Below are positions 34,611-44,683 of a stretch of DNA of 64,000 nt, piece by piece. Below the pieces are notes generated by a model, which worked only from the letters and a program-made list of their open reading frames with translations, had not been told where the DNA came from and did not search any database. Location of the stretch: the sequence record OP953026.1. One strand, 5' to 3'. The translations under genes and the position numbers were made by a program. Every line of letters begins with the position of its first letter. Position 1 is the stretch's first letter.

Positions 34611-36158
34611 TTAATATCCCCAGTCATCTCCACCAGTGGCTTGCATATTGCTAAGACTTGGTACAAAGTCCATGTAATTGTTTTCTTCTTTATCGATATC
34701 CCATCTAATACCACCAATACGGTCTGGATCAAACGGCATAACAAAATAGTGATGCTTACTATCACTTACAACGTTACGGTGTTTACCACGTTGTACGGTT
34801 AGATAATACTTACCACTTACTTTAACAATGTGGAAGAAGAATTCCAGATCAGGTTCTTGTCCAAGTCGGCGACAACCGTCATAGTAACCTTTGTTAGCAA
34901 CTTGTTTAACAAAGTCTTCTGGTGGGATATTATCCCTGATTAGTTCTAATGCCTGAGAACTTAACTGATGCGGACTAAAGAATGTGATACCACGTGGTGC
35001 AGTATAGTTACGCATTCGCCTAAATAGGAGACGAACGTCATCACCTGCTACACTGGTCACTAATCCAGTTTTAGGCAACATGTTTAGATAATCTACGCAG
35101 AGATATTGTAGTTCATAACCACGTGCTTGATATGTATCTAGGTAGTTAACTAAACCAGCAATCGTAAATTCAGTTGGGTCAAAACGATACATTACTGGTT
35201 CAAAACCATTTTCACGGAGACGAGCTGATACATATTCAGCTGCTTCAGCTTTACTAATAGAACTACGATCTACCTTGATACCTGTTTCATTTTCGTAAAT
35301 ATACTCATAAATGAAAATAAGGTTATCCGGAATCTCATTCTCAAGAGTAATAAACATTACTAATGGTTTCTTATTGATATCACGCATGTATGGTTTATTA
35401 AATAGACACACATGGCAAAATAGACTCATAGAAACGCCAGATTTATATTGATGTTGTAGGCCACCACCGATAATAAATTCACCACGTTTTAATGCACCCA
35501 GATCACCAAGCATCCTGTTAAAACCTTTCCATCCAGTACGGAAAGCACCATTTGGGGAAAGAATAGTTTTAGCTTCCTCAAAGAAGCCTTCAATAGAATC
35601 TAAATTACCAAAATCAAGTGCACCCATTTCAGCTGGGTGTTTCTCTTCAGCACGCGCGCGAATATATGGGTCAGCTCTGGTTGCCATTTCATTAATGATT
35701 GCCGGAATATCAGCAGAGCCTCTATTGAAAAGAATTTTTGATGAACATTCTTTTACAATAGCTTTTACCTTCTCATCAGCTAAGTAGCTATTTAGATCAC
35801 GACGATATGAAGTTACACGCATGGCTAATGCCATGCCATTTGGAAATTCTTCTTCTACTGCATTTTTAACAGCATCGTATAGATAACTTTCTTCACGACA
35901 ACATACTTGTAGTGATTGTAATACCTGTTGGGTAGCTGGGAAATATGCTTTCTGTTTCTTATTTAGATCCACTAGTAGATTACGAAGATCTAAAAATGTT
36001 TGTCGACCATGATCTACATCTAATGTACCACCCTTATCATTTAGAGTATCAAGAATCTCAGTAACCAATTCATTGGATGGTTCCACTGGAGAATCTTCTC
36101 GATTTTCTAAACATAATAGAGTGATACATGAAACGAGTAATTGTTTTGGACTTGACAT
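34611..36158 (-). CDS. dnaB: DnaB-like replicative helicase (gp118-like)
   Basis: 515 aa; RTGWKGFNRMLGDLGALKRGEF, variant Walker A GLQHQYKS, Walker B LCVDYLNML, HQLS motif, QRGKHR. Confidence 0.85.
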   Translation of the reverse strand: MSSPKQLLVSCITLLCLENREDSPVEPSNELVTEILDTLNDKGGTLDVDHGRQTFLDLRNLLVDLNKKQKAYFPATQQVLQSLQVCCREESYLYDAVKNAVEEEFPNGMALAMRVTSYRRDLNSYLADEKVKAIVKECSSKILFNRGSADIPAIINEMATRADPYIRARAEEKHPAEMGALDFGNLDSIEGFFEEAKTILSPNGAFRTGWKGFNRMLGDLGALKRGEFIIGGGLQHQYKSGVSMSLFCHVCLFNKPYMRDINKKPLVMFITLENEIPDNLIFIYEYIYENETGIKVDRSSISKAEAAEYVSARLRENGFEPVMYRFDPTEFTIAGLVNYLDTYQARGYELQYLCVDYLNMLPKTGLVTSVAGDDVRLLFRRMRNYTAPRGITFFSPHQLSSQALELIRDNIPPEDFVKQVANKGYYDGCRRLGQEPDLEFFFHIVKVSGKYYLTVQRGKHRNVVSDSKHHYFVMPFDPDRIGGIRWDIDKEENNYMDFVPSLSNMQATGGDDWGY

Positions 36159-36247
36159 TTTTATAGATTTCCAATTGTGAAATTAAGAGATGTACAGTGT
36201 ATCATTTAGATAGCTAGTAATTTTAGTGAATGTATTTGCTATATTGC

Positions 36248-36251
36248 TATG
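36248..36251 (+). promoter_or_regulatory. Late promoter core TATG (p119L-like)
   Basis: TATG 47 nt upstream of the gp119-like ATG; the phiKZ late consensus is TATG overlapping the start site; the downstream sequence matches my recollection of p119L. Confidence 0.6.
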
Positions 36252-36297
36252 TAGACAGTTCCCAAAAGCCTAAAGTTACAATATAGGTACTTTCACA

Positions 36298-36831
36298 ATG
36301 ACCCAAGTTCTGGTTATGCCAAAAGCTGTTTTTGAATCATATAAAACAGCAGGTGTACAATTTAACAAATTGTTAGACACCAACTATATAGTTTCCGAAA
36401 CCTCCGTAAATGATCTTGCGGAGATACATCAGGCTTTAACTGCTTTCCCCTTTCTATTACCAGAAAAACTAGATATTAAGTTAGCAGTAAGCCCGATAAT
36501 CAAAGTTGCTGAGTTAGGTGAAATAGACGGTCCTGAACAATTTAAGATGAAGGATTTACACAATCGTTTAGAGAGCCGTCTAGCGACTAATGAACTTAGG
36601 GATGCAGGTAACCGTAATTTAGTGTACGATTATTACCTATATCCTGTAGATGAGAATCTGTGGGTTGCGGTGCAGCAGAGTGCGCACATTGCAAGTAGCG
36701 ATCCTAGACGTGTCTCAATTCAACTTAACCATACTTTCTTTGATAGTATGATAAATGAAATGTTGAACACCCGCCCACGTGAATCCGTGGCGTCAACACA
36801 AATTTTTACCTATTATTTGGAGAGCTGCTAG
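36298..36831 (+). CDS. Minor capsid/head protein (gp119-like)
   Basis: 177 aa immediately upstream of the major capsid gene. Confidence 0.7.
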   Translation: MTQVLVMPKAVFESYKTAGVQFNKLLDTNYIVSETSVNDLAEIHQALTAFPFLLPEKLDIKLAVSPIIKVAELGEIDGPEQFKMKDLHNRLESRLATNELRDAGNRNLVYDYYLYPVDENLWVAVQQSAHIASSDPRRVSIQLNHTFFDSMINEMLNTRPRESVASTQIFTYYLESC

Positions 36832-36903
36832 GTTGATTCCGGAAAAGATGCTTAGTAGACCCAAATTTTTAAACCAAAAACTCATCCTACGTAGGAATAA
36901 AAA

Positions 36904-39147
36904 ATGAGCGTACATGCCCTAAGAGAACTGTTTAAACACAAAGGCGAAAAGAATTACGAAGTCTTCTCAATGGAAGATTTCATTGGCCGCCTAGAAAGTG
37001 AAATTGGTCTAAATGACAGCGTTGTTAGTCAAGGTCGTTCCCTTATTAGCAGCATTTCACATGAAAACTTCGGTACCGTGCAAGCTACCGACATTCAAGA
37101 TGCCGCTGCAATTTATAACAAAATGCAAATGCTCGTTAACGACTATGGTTTCGAACGAGTAAGTTCCAGTGATCCTCAAGTACGTGCTCGTGAAGAACGT
37201 GTCCGTGAGAACCAAATCACTGCTGCTACCATGGCTGCTATCGCCTGTGCTGATGAAACTAAATATATCCGTGCACTACGTGGTATTACCAAAGCTAAAG
37301 CTTCTAATGAAGATCATGTTAAGGTTGTACAGCATCAGTTCAATGGCCCTGCTGGTGGCATTCAAGTATTCGAAAATGGTGTTGGCCTAGAGAACTATAA
37401 CGAGAAGTCACAGCGTGATTTCCGTGTTGTAACTATTGGTTATAACCTAGCTGCTAGCCGTCAGGATGAATTCGCTGAGCGTATCTATCCGACCACCGTT
37501 ATCAACCCGATTGAAGGTGGTGTTGTTCAGGTTCTTCCTTACATCGCTGTAATGAAAGACGTTTACCACGAAGTATCCGGCGTTAAGATGGATAACGAAG
37601 AAGTGAACATGGTAGAAGCCTATCGTGATCCTTCCATCCTCGACGACGAAAGCATTGCACTAATTCCTGCCCTAGATCCGGCTGGTTCCAATGCTGACTT
37701 CTTCGTAGACCCGGCTCTTGTTCCTCCGTACACCATCAAGAACGAGCAGAACCTAACTATCACTACTGCTCCGCTAAAAGCGAACGTACGTCTTGATCTA
37801 ATGGGTAACTCCAATGCTAACCTACTCATTCAGCGTGGCATGCTTGAAGTTTCTGACACCATTGATCCGGCTGGTCGTCTAAAGAACCTATTCGTTCTAC
37901 TCGGCGGTAAAGTTGTTAAGTTCAAGGTTGACCGTCTACCTCGCGCTGTGTTCCAGCCCGATCTAGTTGGTGATACCCGGAACGCAGTTATCCGTTTCGA
38001 TAGCGATGACCTTGTTGTTAGTGGCGATACCACTTTCATCGACGGTTCAGCTGATGGCGTTATTAACGACCTTAAGACTGCTAAACTAAGCCTACGTCTA
38101 AGCGTTGGTTTTGGTGGTACTATCAGCCTATCCAAAGGCGATTCTAAGTTTGGTGCTACCGACACTTACGTCGATAAAGTTCTAAACGAAGATGGCCAGG
38201 TAATGGATAATGCTGACCCGGCTGTTAAAGCTATTCTAGATCAGCTAACTGACCTAGCTGTTATCGGTTTCGAACTAGATACTCGCTTCACCAACACTAA
38301 CCGTCGTCAGCGTGGTCACCTACTACAGACCCGTGCACTACAGTTCCGTCATCCGATCCCGATGCACGCTCCTGTAACTCTACCGATGGACACCATGACC
38401 GATGAAGGTCCGGGTGAGGTTGTTAAAGCTCTAACTGTTAACACCAACATCCGTAACAGCAACAACGCTGTTAAGCGCATGCTTAACTACCTTGCTCAAC
38501 TACGTGAAGTTGTACACAATGGTTACAACCGTCCGAAGTTTGGTATCATCGAAGGTGCACTATCCGCTGTAATGCGTCCGACCTATCGTTACAAAGAACT
38601 AGATCTTGAGAAAGTCATCGACACCATCAAGTCTAAAGATCGTTGGGACGACGTTTGCGCTGCGATCCTAAACTGTGTTAAAGCTGAGCTATTCCCGGCT
38701 CACCGTGATTCCAACATTGAAGCTGCCTTCCGTGTTATCTCCGGTAACCAGGATGAAACTCCGATGTATCTCTTCTGCTCCGACAAAGAGATTGCTAACT
38801 ATCTAATGACTAAAGGTGACGACCGTACTCTAGGTGCTTATCTCAAGTACGATATCGTTTCCACCAACAACCAGCTATTTGATGGTAAGCTAGTTGTAAT
38901 TCCGACCCGCGCAGTACAACAAGAAAACGACATCCTCTCCTGGGGCCAGTTCTTCTACGTATCTACTGTTATCGCTGACCTACCGATCACTCGTGGTGGT
39001 CACCAGGTTACTCGCGAAATCGCGGCCATTCCGTTCAACCTACACGTCAACAACATTCCGTTCGCGCTAGAGTTCAAGATCACTGGCTTCCAGAAAGTCA
39101 TGGGCGAAACTCAGTTCAACGGTAAGCTTGCTGATCTTAAGCCGTGA
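36904..39147 (+). CDS. Major capsid protein (gp120)
   Basis: 747 aa; strongly biased codon use; GLE|NY maturation-type site; length and N-terminus match phiKZ gp120 as recalled. Confidence 0.92.
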   Translation: MSVHALRELFKHKGEKNYEVFSMEDFIGRLESEIGLNDSVVSQGRSLISSISHENFGTVQATDIQDAAAIYNKMQMLVNDYGFERVSSSDPQVRAREERVRENQITAATMAAIACADETKYIRALRGITKAKASNEDHVKVVQHQFNGPAGGIQVFENGVGLENYNEKSQRDFRVVTIGYNLAASRQDEFAERIYPTTVINPIEGGVVQVLPYIAVMKDVYHEVSGVKMDNEEVNMVEAYRDPSILDDESIALIPALDPAGSNADFFVDPALVPPYTIKNEQNLTITTAPLKANVRLDLMGNSNANLLIQRGMLEVSDTIDPAGRLKNLFVLLGGKVVKFKVDRLPRAVFQPDLVGDTRNAVIRFDSDDLVVSGDTTFIDGSADGVINDLKTAKLSLRLSVGFGGTISLSKGDSKFGATDTYVDKVLNEDGQVMDNADPAVKAILDQLTDLAVIGFELDTRFTNTNRRQRGHLLQTRALQFRHPIPMHAPVTLPMDTMTDEGPGEVVKALTVNTNIRNSNNAVKRMLNYLAQLREVVHNGYNRPKFGIIEGALSAVMRPTYRYKELDLEKVIDTIKSKDRWDDVCAAILNCVKAELFPAHRDSNIEAAFRVISGNQDETPMYLFCSDKEIANYLMTKGDDRTLGAYLKYDIVSTNNQLFDGKLVVIPTRAVQQENDILSWGQFFYVSTVIADLPITRGGHQVTREIAAIPFNLHVNNIPFALEFKITGFQKVMGETQFNGKLADLKP

Positions 39148-39228
39148 GCTGGAAAGGGTTACCGTTATCTAGAAAATGGGACTATCCGTTATTTGGAAGA
39201 CGGTAATGCCCGGAAGTTAGAAGAGTAA
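39148..39228 (+). other. In-frame 26-codon extension after the capsid TGA (candidate readthrough peptide)
   Basis: AGKGYRYLENGTIRYLEDGNARKLEE-TAA; no in-frame start codon; the terminator follows this TAA. Confidence 0.6.
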
Positions 39229-39232
39229 CAGA

Positions 39233-39263
39233 CATAGGCCCTCCCTTCGGGGAGGGCTTTATG
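39233..39263 (+). terminator. Intrinsic terminator of the capsid operon
   Basis: CATAG-GCCCTCCC-TTCG-GGGAGGGC-TTTATG. Confidence 0.88.
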
Positions 39264-39280
39264 TTGTATTACATTAAAAA

Positions 39281-39300
39281 AAGTTTAAGATCTATATTAC
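39281..39300 (+). promoter_or_regulatory. phiKZ-type early promoter
   Basis: AAGTTTAAGATCTATATTAC with TATATTAC at 39293-39300, upstream of the operon containing the nvRNAP subunit. Confidence 0.75.
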
Positions 39301-39343
39301 AGTAATGATCATGATCTTCTAATTTAAAAATAGGTTAATTCAA

Positions 39344-39796
39344 ATGAACGTTCAATTATTTCCAGAAGTCATCGAAAGATGGCAAGATGCCCTAAGGGTA
39401 TCTCTTATAGAAAAAAATACCATGGTAGATAATAAGATGTCTACCGTAGATGATGATAAATACATTAATACTTTCTTTGAAGAATTCCATCCTGTTCAGG
39501 ATGCCTTTATGCCCAAAGGGCTAGAGGACTTTATTACTGATTATGCCAAGAAAAACATTGAGGAGATCCTTCAAGAAAAACAGTTTAAGCGGGCCACCGA
39601 AAAGTTATATTGTTCGAGTGACCCGCATAAATGGCAGAAATCAAGTAATAAGGAAAAGAGTGAATCCTTTAAGGGAAGGTCCGTACATCAAACTAAAAAG
39701 AGGCTCCCCAACATTGTAGATTTGGAGGCCGTTGTGATTAAGGTAGATTTCAATGGTAACACTAAAAATTGCGGGGCTTACTCAAGTATCAGTTAA
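39344..39796 (+). CDS. Hypothetical protein (gp121-like)
   Basis: 150 aa; AATAGG leader; first gene after the early promoter. Confidence 0.6.
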   Translation: MNVQLFPEVIERWQDALRVSLIEKNTMVDNKMSTVDDDKYINTFFEEFHPVQDAFMPKGLEDFITDYAKKNIEEILQEKQFKRATEKLYCSSDPHKWQKSSNKEKSESFKGRSVHQTKKRLPNIVDLEAVVIKVDFNGNTKNCGAYSSIS

Positions 39797-40835
39797 GCCT
39801 ACTATCGATCACCCGTATGATAAGAAATCGGGAACTGCATACACTAAGGGTGATCCATACGCTAATTGGAATCTCCCTGTCTCACGTTTTGTTGAGTATC
39901 GGAATGAATCATTTCATCGTATTACTGTAGTCGATTCATCTGGTCACGCTATCAATATTGGGACATCCCGTAAGTATGTAATGTCTAATAGACTAGTAGT
40001 TAAGGTCATTTACCGATGGAGTGGTGATGATAGTTTTAACTATGAAGTTATGGCTAAATCTATTCCAGGTTTTACACCTGAGGAAATGTTAGAATATATT
40101 CAGTCATTTAGTCGACAGACATTCGATCAGTTTAATAACCAGCTATCTGAGATTACTATTTGGTATTCAATTGACTTATCAAAACTAGTAGATCAGTATC
40201 ATGGTGGTTGGATTCAGAGTTTAGGTATCCAAGTATTTAAAACTGAGTATAGTCAGTATTTTGAATTTTATCCAAATAGAAATATTAGTCCTCCTGGTTA
40301 CAGCGGACTTAGTCCAGAAGAAGAAGCACTTTCTAATCAAGTATGGAATGAAACATATTCTTTAACGTATAATACTGACATCAATAAACCAGATAAATTG
40401 TTTTATGTAATGGCTGGCAGAATTATGGCCATTGAGTCAATCTACAATCCATCATTAGATCCTGGTCTTATTGTTAATATCCGTGGTAAGCATGGATGTA
40501 TTAGTCATAATGGCGAAAAGAGATATGTAATACCTCCTGAACAGTTCCATGAAAATGGTTTCTTTAGAACACATGAAGAAGCTGCTGCAATGGTTGGAAT
40601 TAAAGATAAGAAAGTTATTGAACGTCTTAAGACTGCACTCTTAACAGCAGCTGATATTAAGGAAAGGGAAGCCCAGGAAAAAGCAGCTGGTACGTTTGAT
40701 AAAGAATTCAAACCAAAAGATGTTGTATTGATTCATGGTCTAAAATGGGGTGATCTAAACTCCATTGCCTCTGATCTAGTATCATCCATTAAAATTGTAG
40801 GTTCACTGATGGATTTAATTTTGCCAAAAGTTTAG
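39753..40835 (+). CDS. Conserved hypothetical protein (gp122-like)
   Basis: 360 aa; overlaps the upstream ORF by 44 nt. Confidence 0.7.
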   Translation: MVTLKIAGLTQVSVKPTIDHPYDKKSGTAYTKGDPYANWNLPVSRFVEYRNESFHRITVVDSSGHAINIGTSRKYVMSNRLVVKVIYRWSGDDSFNYEVMAKSIPGFTPEEMLEYIQSFSRQTFDQFNNQLSEITIWYSIDLSKLVDQYHGGWIQSLGIQVFKTEYSQYFEFYPNRNISPPGYSGLSPEEEALSNQVWNETYSLTYNTDINKPDKLFYVMAGRIMAIESIYNPSLDPGLIVNIRGKHGCISHNGEKRYVIPPEQFHENGFFRTHEEAAAMVGIKDKKVIERLKTALLTAADIKEREAQEKAAGTFDKEFKPKDVVLIHGLKWGDLNSIASDLVSSIKIVGSLMDLILPKV

Positions 40836-40844
40836 GAGTTTATA

Positions 40845-42476
40845 ATGCCGGATCCATTTCTAATTGAAAAGATTCGTGAAAATACGCCTTGCATGAATCC
40901 AACACTAGCAAATGGTATCACAGTCGAACACACCATGACTCGTGATCCAAATACTGGTGTTAATATGACCAGGCGTTATATTGATTCTTTATTTGATATC
41001 AGTTCAGTTCTATTTCCCGATGGCTTCAAATATGAAGGCAATCGTGCATGTACACCGCTTAAGCATTTTGAAGAGATTACTCGGGAATATAATGCTAAGC
41101 GTATTGCCAATATTGCTCCAACTGACATGTACATGATTGACCTAATGTTTAGTTATAAAGGGGAAATGCTTTATCCTCGTCCAATGTTGTTACCAGCTTT
41201 TAAGAGAGGCAATATGGTAACTATCAATGGTGCGAAATATATCGGTTCACCAGTATTAACTGATGTTGGGTTCTCTGTACTTAATGATAGCATCTTCATC
41301 CCGTTTCGTCGTACTAAGCTAACCTTTAAACAAACTGACCACCATTACATGTGCAATGGTCAGCGTAAAATCATGTATGTGATCTGGTCACAGATTCACA
41401 ATGAAATGGCTAAGCGTACTAAACGAGATCTGGATAATCGACCACATATTGAGTCATGTTTAGCTCATTATTTCTTCTGTCAGTTTGGAGTAACTCAAAC
41501 TTTCAAACAATGGGCTAATGTAGATGTTAAGTGTGGACTGCTGTCTGATTTTCCTGAAGAAGAATATCCACGTGAAAAGTGGAATATTTATTCCAGTGCA
41601 ACATTAAAAGGCAAACATCCCACCGGTGAAATGGTTCTTGTTATACCTCGTCATCAAGAATCTATTTTTGCCACACGACTTATCGCTGGTTTCTGGTATG
41701 TGGTCGATGCATTTCCAATGCGGTTTACTCGACCTGAATATGTAGATAGTACCAACTTATGGCGTGTTATCCTAGGTCACATGGTGTTTGGTGATTTTGA
41801 GCACCAAGGTAAAGTAGAGGAAAACATTGATTCACACCTACACAGTTTCTGTAATTCACTAGACGAAATGACTATTGAAGAACTTAAAACAGTTGGTGTC
41901 AATGTAAGTACTATTTGGGAACTTCTTTACGAGATCATGACTAGTTTGGCTCATCATCTTTATGCTACCGATATTGATGAAACTAGTATGTATGGTAAAA
42001 GGTTAACAGTACTACATTACCTGATGTCAGAGTTTAACTATGCTGTAAGTATGTTTGGCTATATGTTCCAGTCTAGGCGTGATCGTGAATGGACTGTGCA
42101 AGAGCTAAATGAAGGTTTAAAACGTTCCTTTAAACTACAGACAGCTATTAAACGATTAACAGTGGATCATGGTGAACTCGATACAATGAGTAATCCAAAC
42201 TCCAGTATGTTGATTAAAGGGACATCTATCCTAGTTACACAGGATCGCGCTAAAACAGCTAAGGCTCATAATAAGTCTCTAATCAATGACTCATCTAGGA
42301 TTATTCACGCATCTATTGCTGAGGTAGGTCAATATAAAAACCAACCTAAGAACAACCCGGATGGTCGAGGTAGGCTTAATATGTATACCAAAGTGGGTCC
42401 AACTGGACTAGTTGAACGTCGTGAAGAAGTGCGTGAAATAATTGACAACGCTCAATTAATGTTCCGTGCAAAATAA
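40845..42476 (+). CDS. Non-virion RNA polymerase beta subunit, N-terminal part (gp123)
   Basis: 543 aa; RGNMVTINGAKYIGSPV resembles the RpoB G.FIING motif; length and sequence match phiKZ gp123 as recalled. Confidence 0.88.
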   Translation: MPDPFLIEKIRENTPCMNPTLANGITVEHTMTRDPNTGVNMTRRYIDSLFDISSVLFPDGFKYEGNRACTPLKHFEEITREYNAKRIANIAPTDMYMIDLMFSYKGEMLYPRPMLLPAFKRGNMVTINGAKYIGSPVLTDVGFSVLNDSIFIPFRRTKLTFKQTDHHYMCNGQRKIMYVIWSQIHNEMAKRTKRDLDNRPHIESCLAHYFFCQFGVTQTFKQWANVDVKCGLLSDFPEEEYPREKWNIYSSATLKGKHPTGEMVLVIPRHQESIFATRLIAGFWYVVDAFPMRFTRPEYVDSTNLWRVILGHMVFGDFEHQGKVEENIDSHLHSFCNSLDEMTIEELKTVGVNVSTIWELLYEIMTSLAHHLYATDIDETSMYGKRLTVLHYLMSEFNYAVSMFGYMFQSRRDREWTVQELNEGLKRSFKLQTAIKRLTVDHGELDTMSNPNSSMLIKGTSILVTQDRAKTAKAHNKSLINDSSRIIHASIAEVGQYKNQPKNNPDGRGRLNMYTKVGPTGLVERREEVREIIDNAQLMFRAK

Positions 42477-42511
42477 ATTAAATCTTTAACTACTTAATAG
42501 GTATTATTCAC

Positions 42512-44677
42512 ATGAACTATGCACAGTACAATCTACCTGTCGATTTTGAGAGTGTAGATACCAGTACTTTCGATCCTAACCTACCTAATGGGAATTATCT
42601 GTTTAGCCTACCGCTACAGTTATCACCACATCAACAACATCCTCAACTACAACCATATTTCAATGGTGTAATTGGGCTGTTCCGGCTGAATGCTCAAAAT
42701 GCTGCTACTACCACCCAGCTTCATGCATTTGCGTATAATCTGCTATCTAGTAATGGTTTTCAGAATAACTATTATCAGCAGTGGGCTCAGAAAGTTATTG
42801 ACTTTCTAGAGTTTCTATTTATTCATCGTCAAATGGTGAATAACCCACAGCAGGCAATGCAGCAAGCTGCATCTCTAGTATGGTCTGGTTTTGTTGGTAA
42901 ATGTGCTCAAACTTTCCCGCAGCTACAAAGTCTAGTTCAACATCTAATGCCGAATATCCAACAGGCACTTGGTGTAATCGGGCAGATTGAATCAGATATC
43001 CAAAAGATGCGTATGGGTGGTAACACCATGATGCAGGGTGGATATCAACAACCTGGTGTACAGCCTGGAAGTTTCCCTGGGATGGGTGCAGCAATGGGTC
43101 GTCCTGGCATGAGTTCACAACTACCTCCAATTAACGCAGGTATCCAACAGACCTATGGTCAACCGGCTACCATGGCTAATCCGCAGCTGAACATTCCAGG
43201 GGCATATACACCAACAACTAATCATGACACTGGTCCATCAATTGCAAATGCTGCATATGACGTACCTGGTTCTTCTCCTTTCCTGGAAAACAAACCAGTC
43301 ATGCAACCTAAAGACTCTTGGGGTGCCACTGTTGAAGTATCTCCAAATAGTAGTTATGATACAATCCCTGGTGGAGGTGATGTAATGATTCTACCTGAAC
43401 TACAACAAAATGCAAATACTGTAACTAATGATAATACGGATCTACCCATCCCTCAAGATGTGAAAGAACTCGTATTCGATCCGAACTATTATGTACCCAA
43501 TGGATTTGTAATTAATAAAGATCGTCCGATGGATGTTATCTATAATCCAGGTGGCATTGAAATCCGACCTGCTCATCTAGTTGCAGATAAACCTGATTGG
43601 GTACGTACTGCTAGTTCAGCTAATCCATACAGCATCCTAATGGATCCGGCAGTATATTGTCGCTTCCTTGCTAAATGGCCTGATAACACTGTACATGAAG
43701 TATATCGTAAGTGGGAGAATCACATGGAAATGGATTATCTAAAGCATGAGCTTCAAGATGATCTCCGTCGTCAAGCACATCGTGGTGGTGGTGCGCGTAC
43801 TGCAACCAGTTATAAGCTATCTACCATTATGGGTGATGCCAAACCGGTTAAAGAAGTAGCCGAAGAGTTTTCACCAAATGATGCTGGGTTAACTGATAAT
43901 CGTGAACATGATCCAGTTATCCTAGAAGGTTATATTGCTTGTGCAAATAATCTTGAAGCAGAAGCTGGTGCACTCAATGCAGTTCGTGAAGCACTTGAGC
44001 TAAGCGAAGATGATGTAGTTCCAGCACATGAGTATCGCGCAGCATCATCCCATCCATTTGATGCTTCAACTGAAGTCATGTATGAGATCGAGGATATTCG
44101 AAAAGAACCCGATCCGCATCTAATTGCAAAGCGCCTTAAGCAACTAATGCTAGATGGTAAGCTGGCTCAACGCTACTATCGGTTCCTAGTTGAAAGGCTC
44201 ACCAGTGCAGTTAATGAGTTCCTGGCTGATTCAATGAGTCAGAAGGTAACCATTGATGACTTCTGTGAAGATATCGGTGACCTTATCGCATATCTGATCG
44301 GTAAGAAGGGTAAGTCAGTAGCTGATAAATTTACCGCTAGTATTCCGTTTATTGTTGGACGGAGTATGTGTGTTAATATTGATCCAGAAGAAGGTAATTC
44401 TATTCTAGATCTATCAGTGCGTTTCCAAACTGGCTGGCGCCTTGAGGAACTATCCTGCCTAAATATTTATACCGAGAAAGCAGTGCTTATCAGTAAACTT
44501 ACTGAACCTAAGATTACTCAAGTAATCATGGGAATGGCAAAGCGTCTAAATAGCTCTAAAGATTCAGATGATGCACGTACCCACAAAATGTACATTATCA
44601 CTGCTGATGGATCTTATCTACAAGTTATTCGTGGCGCTCTTGTTGATAATGCTGTTCTACTTAAGCTTATCAAATAA
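42512..44677 (+). CDS. Conserved hypothetical protein with a Q/G/P/M-rich low-complexity region (gp124-like)
   Basis: 721 aa; Q-rich N-terminal third. Confidence 0.75.
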   Translation: MNYAQYNLPVDFESVDTSTFDPNLPNGNYLFSLPLQLSPHQQHPQLQPYFNGVIGLFRLNAQNAATTTQLHAFAYNLLSSNGFQNNYYQQWAQKVIDFLEFLFIHRQMVNNPQQAMQQAASLVWSGFVGKCAQTFPQLQSLVQHLMPNIQQALGVIGQIESDIQKMRMGGNTMMQGGYQQPGVQPGSFPGMGAAMGRPGMSSQLPPINAGIQQTYGQPATMANPQLNIPGAYTPTTNHDTGPSIANAAYDVPGSSPFLENKPVMQPKDSWGATVEVSPNSSYDTIPGGGDVMILPELQQNANTVTNDNTDLPIPQDVKELVFDPNYYVPNGFVINKDRPMDVIYNPGGIEIRPAHLVADKPDWVRTASSANPYSILMDPAVYCRFLAKWPDNTVHEVYRKWENHMEMDYLKHELQDDLRRQAHRGGGARTATSYKLSTIMGDAKPVKEVAEEFSPNDAGLTDNREHDPVILEGYIACANNLEAEAGALNAVREALELSEDDVVPAHEYRAASSHPFDASTEVMYEIEDIRKEPDPHLIAKRLKQLMLDGKLAQRYYRFLVERLTSAVNEFLADSMSQKVTIDDFCEDIGDLIAYLIGKKGKSVADKFTASIPFIVGRSMCVNIDPEEGNSILDLSVRFQTGWRLEELSCLNIYTEKAVLISKLTEPKITQVIMGMAKRLNSSKDSDDARTHKMYIITADGSYLQVIRGALVDNAVLLKLIK

Positions 44678-44683
44678 GCATGA

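Noticed and set aside
36192-36201. 10-mer GTACAGTGTA shared with 61596-61605
   Set aside because: Only two copies; chance cannot be excluded and no consistent spacing to starts is evident.
39176-39220. ATG-initiated 14-codon ORF (MGLSVIWKTVMPGS) after the capsid gene
   Set aside because: No RBS and no patterned sequence; the capsid-frame reading explains the repeat and the terminator spacing better.
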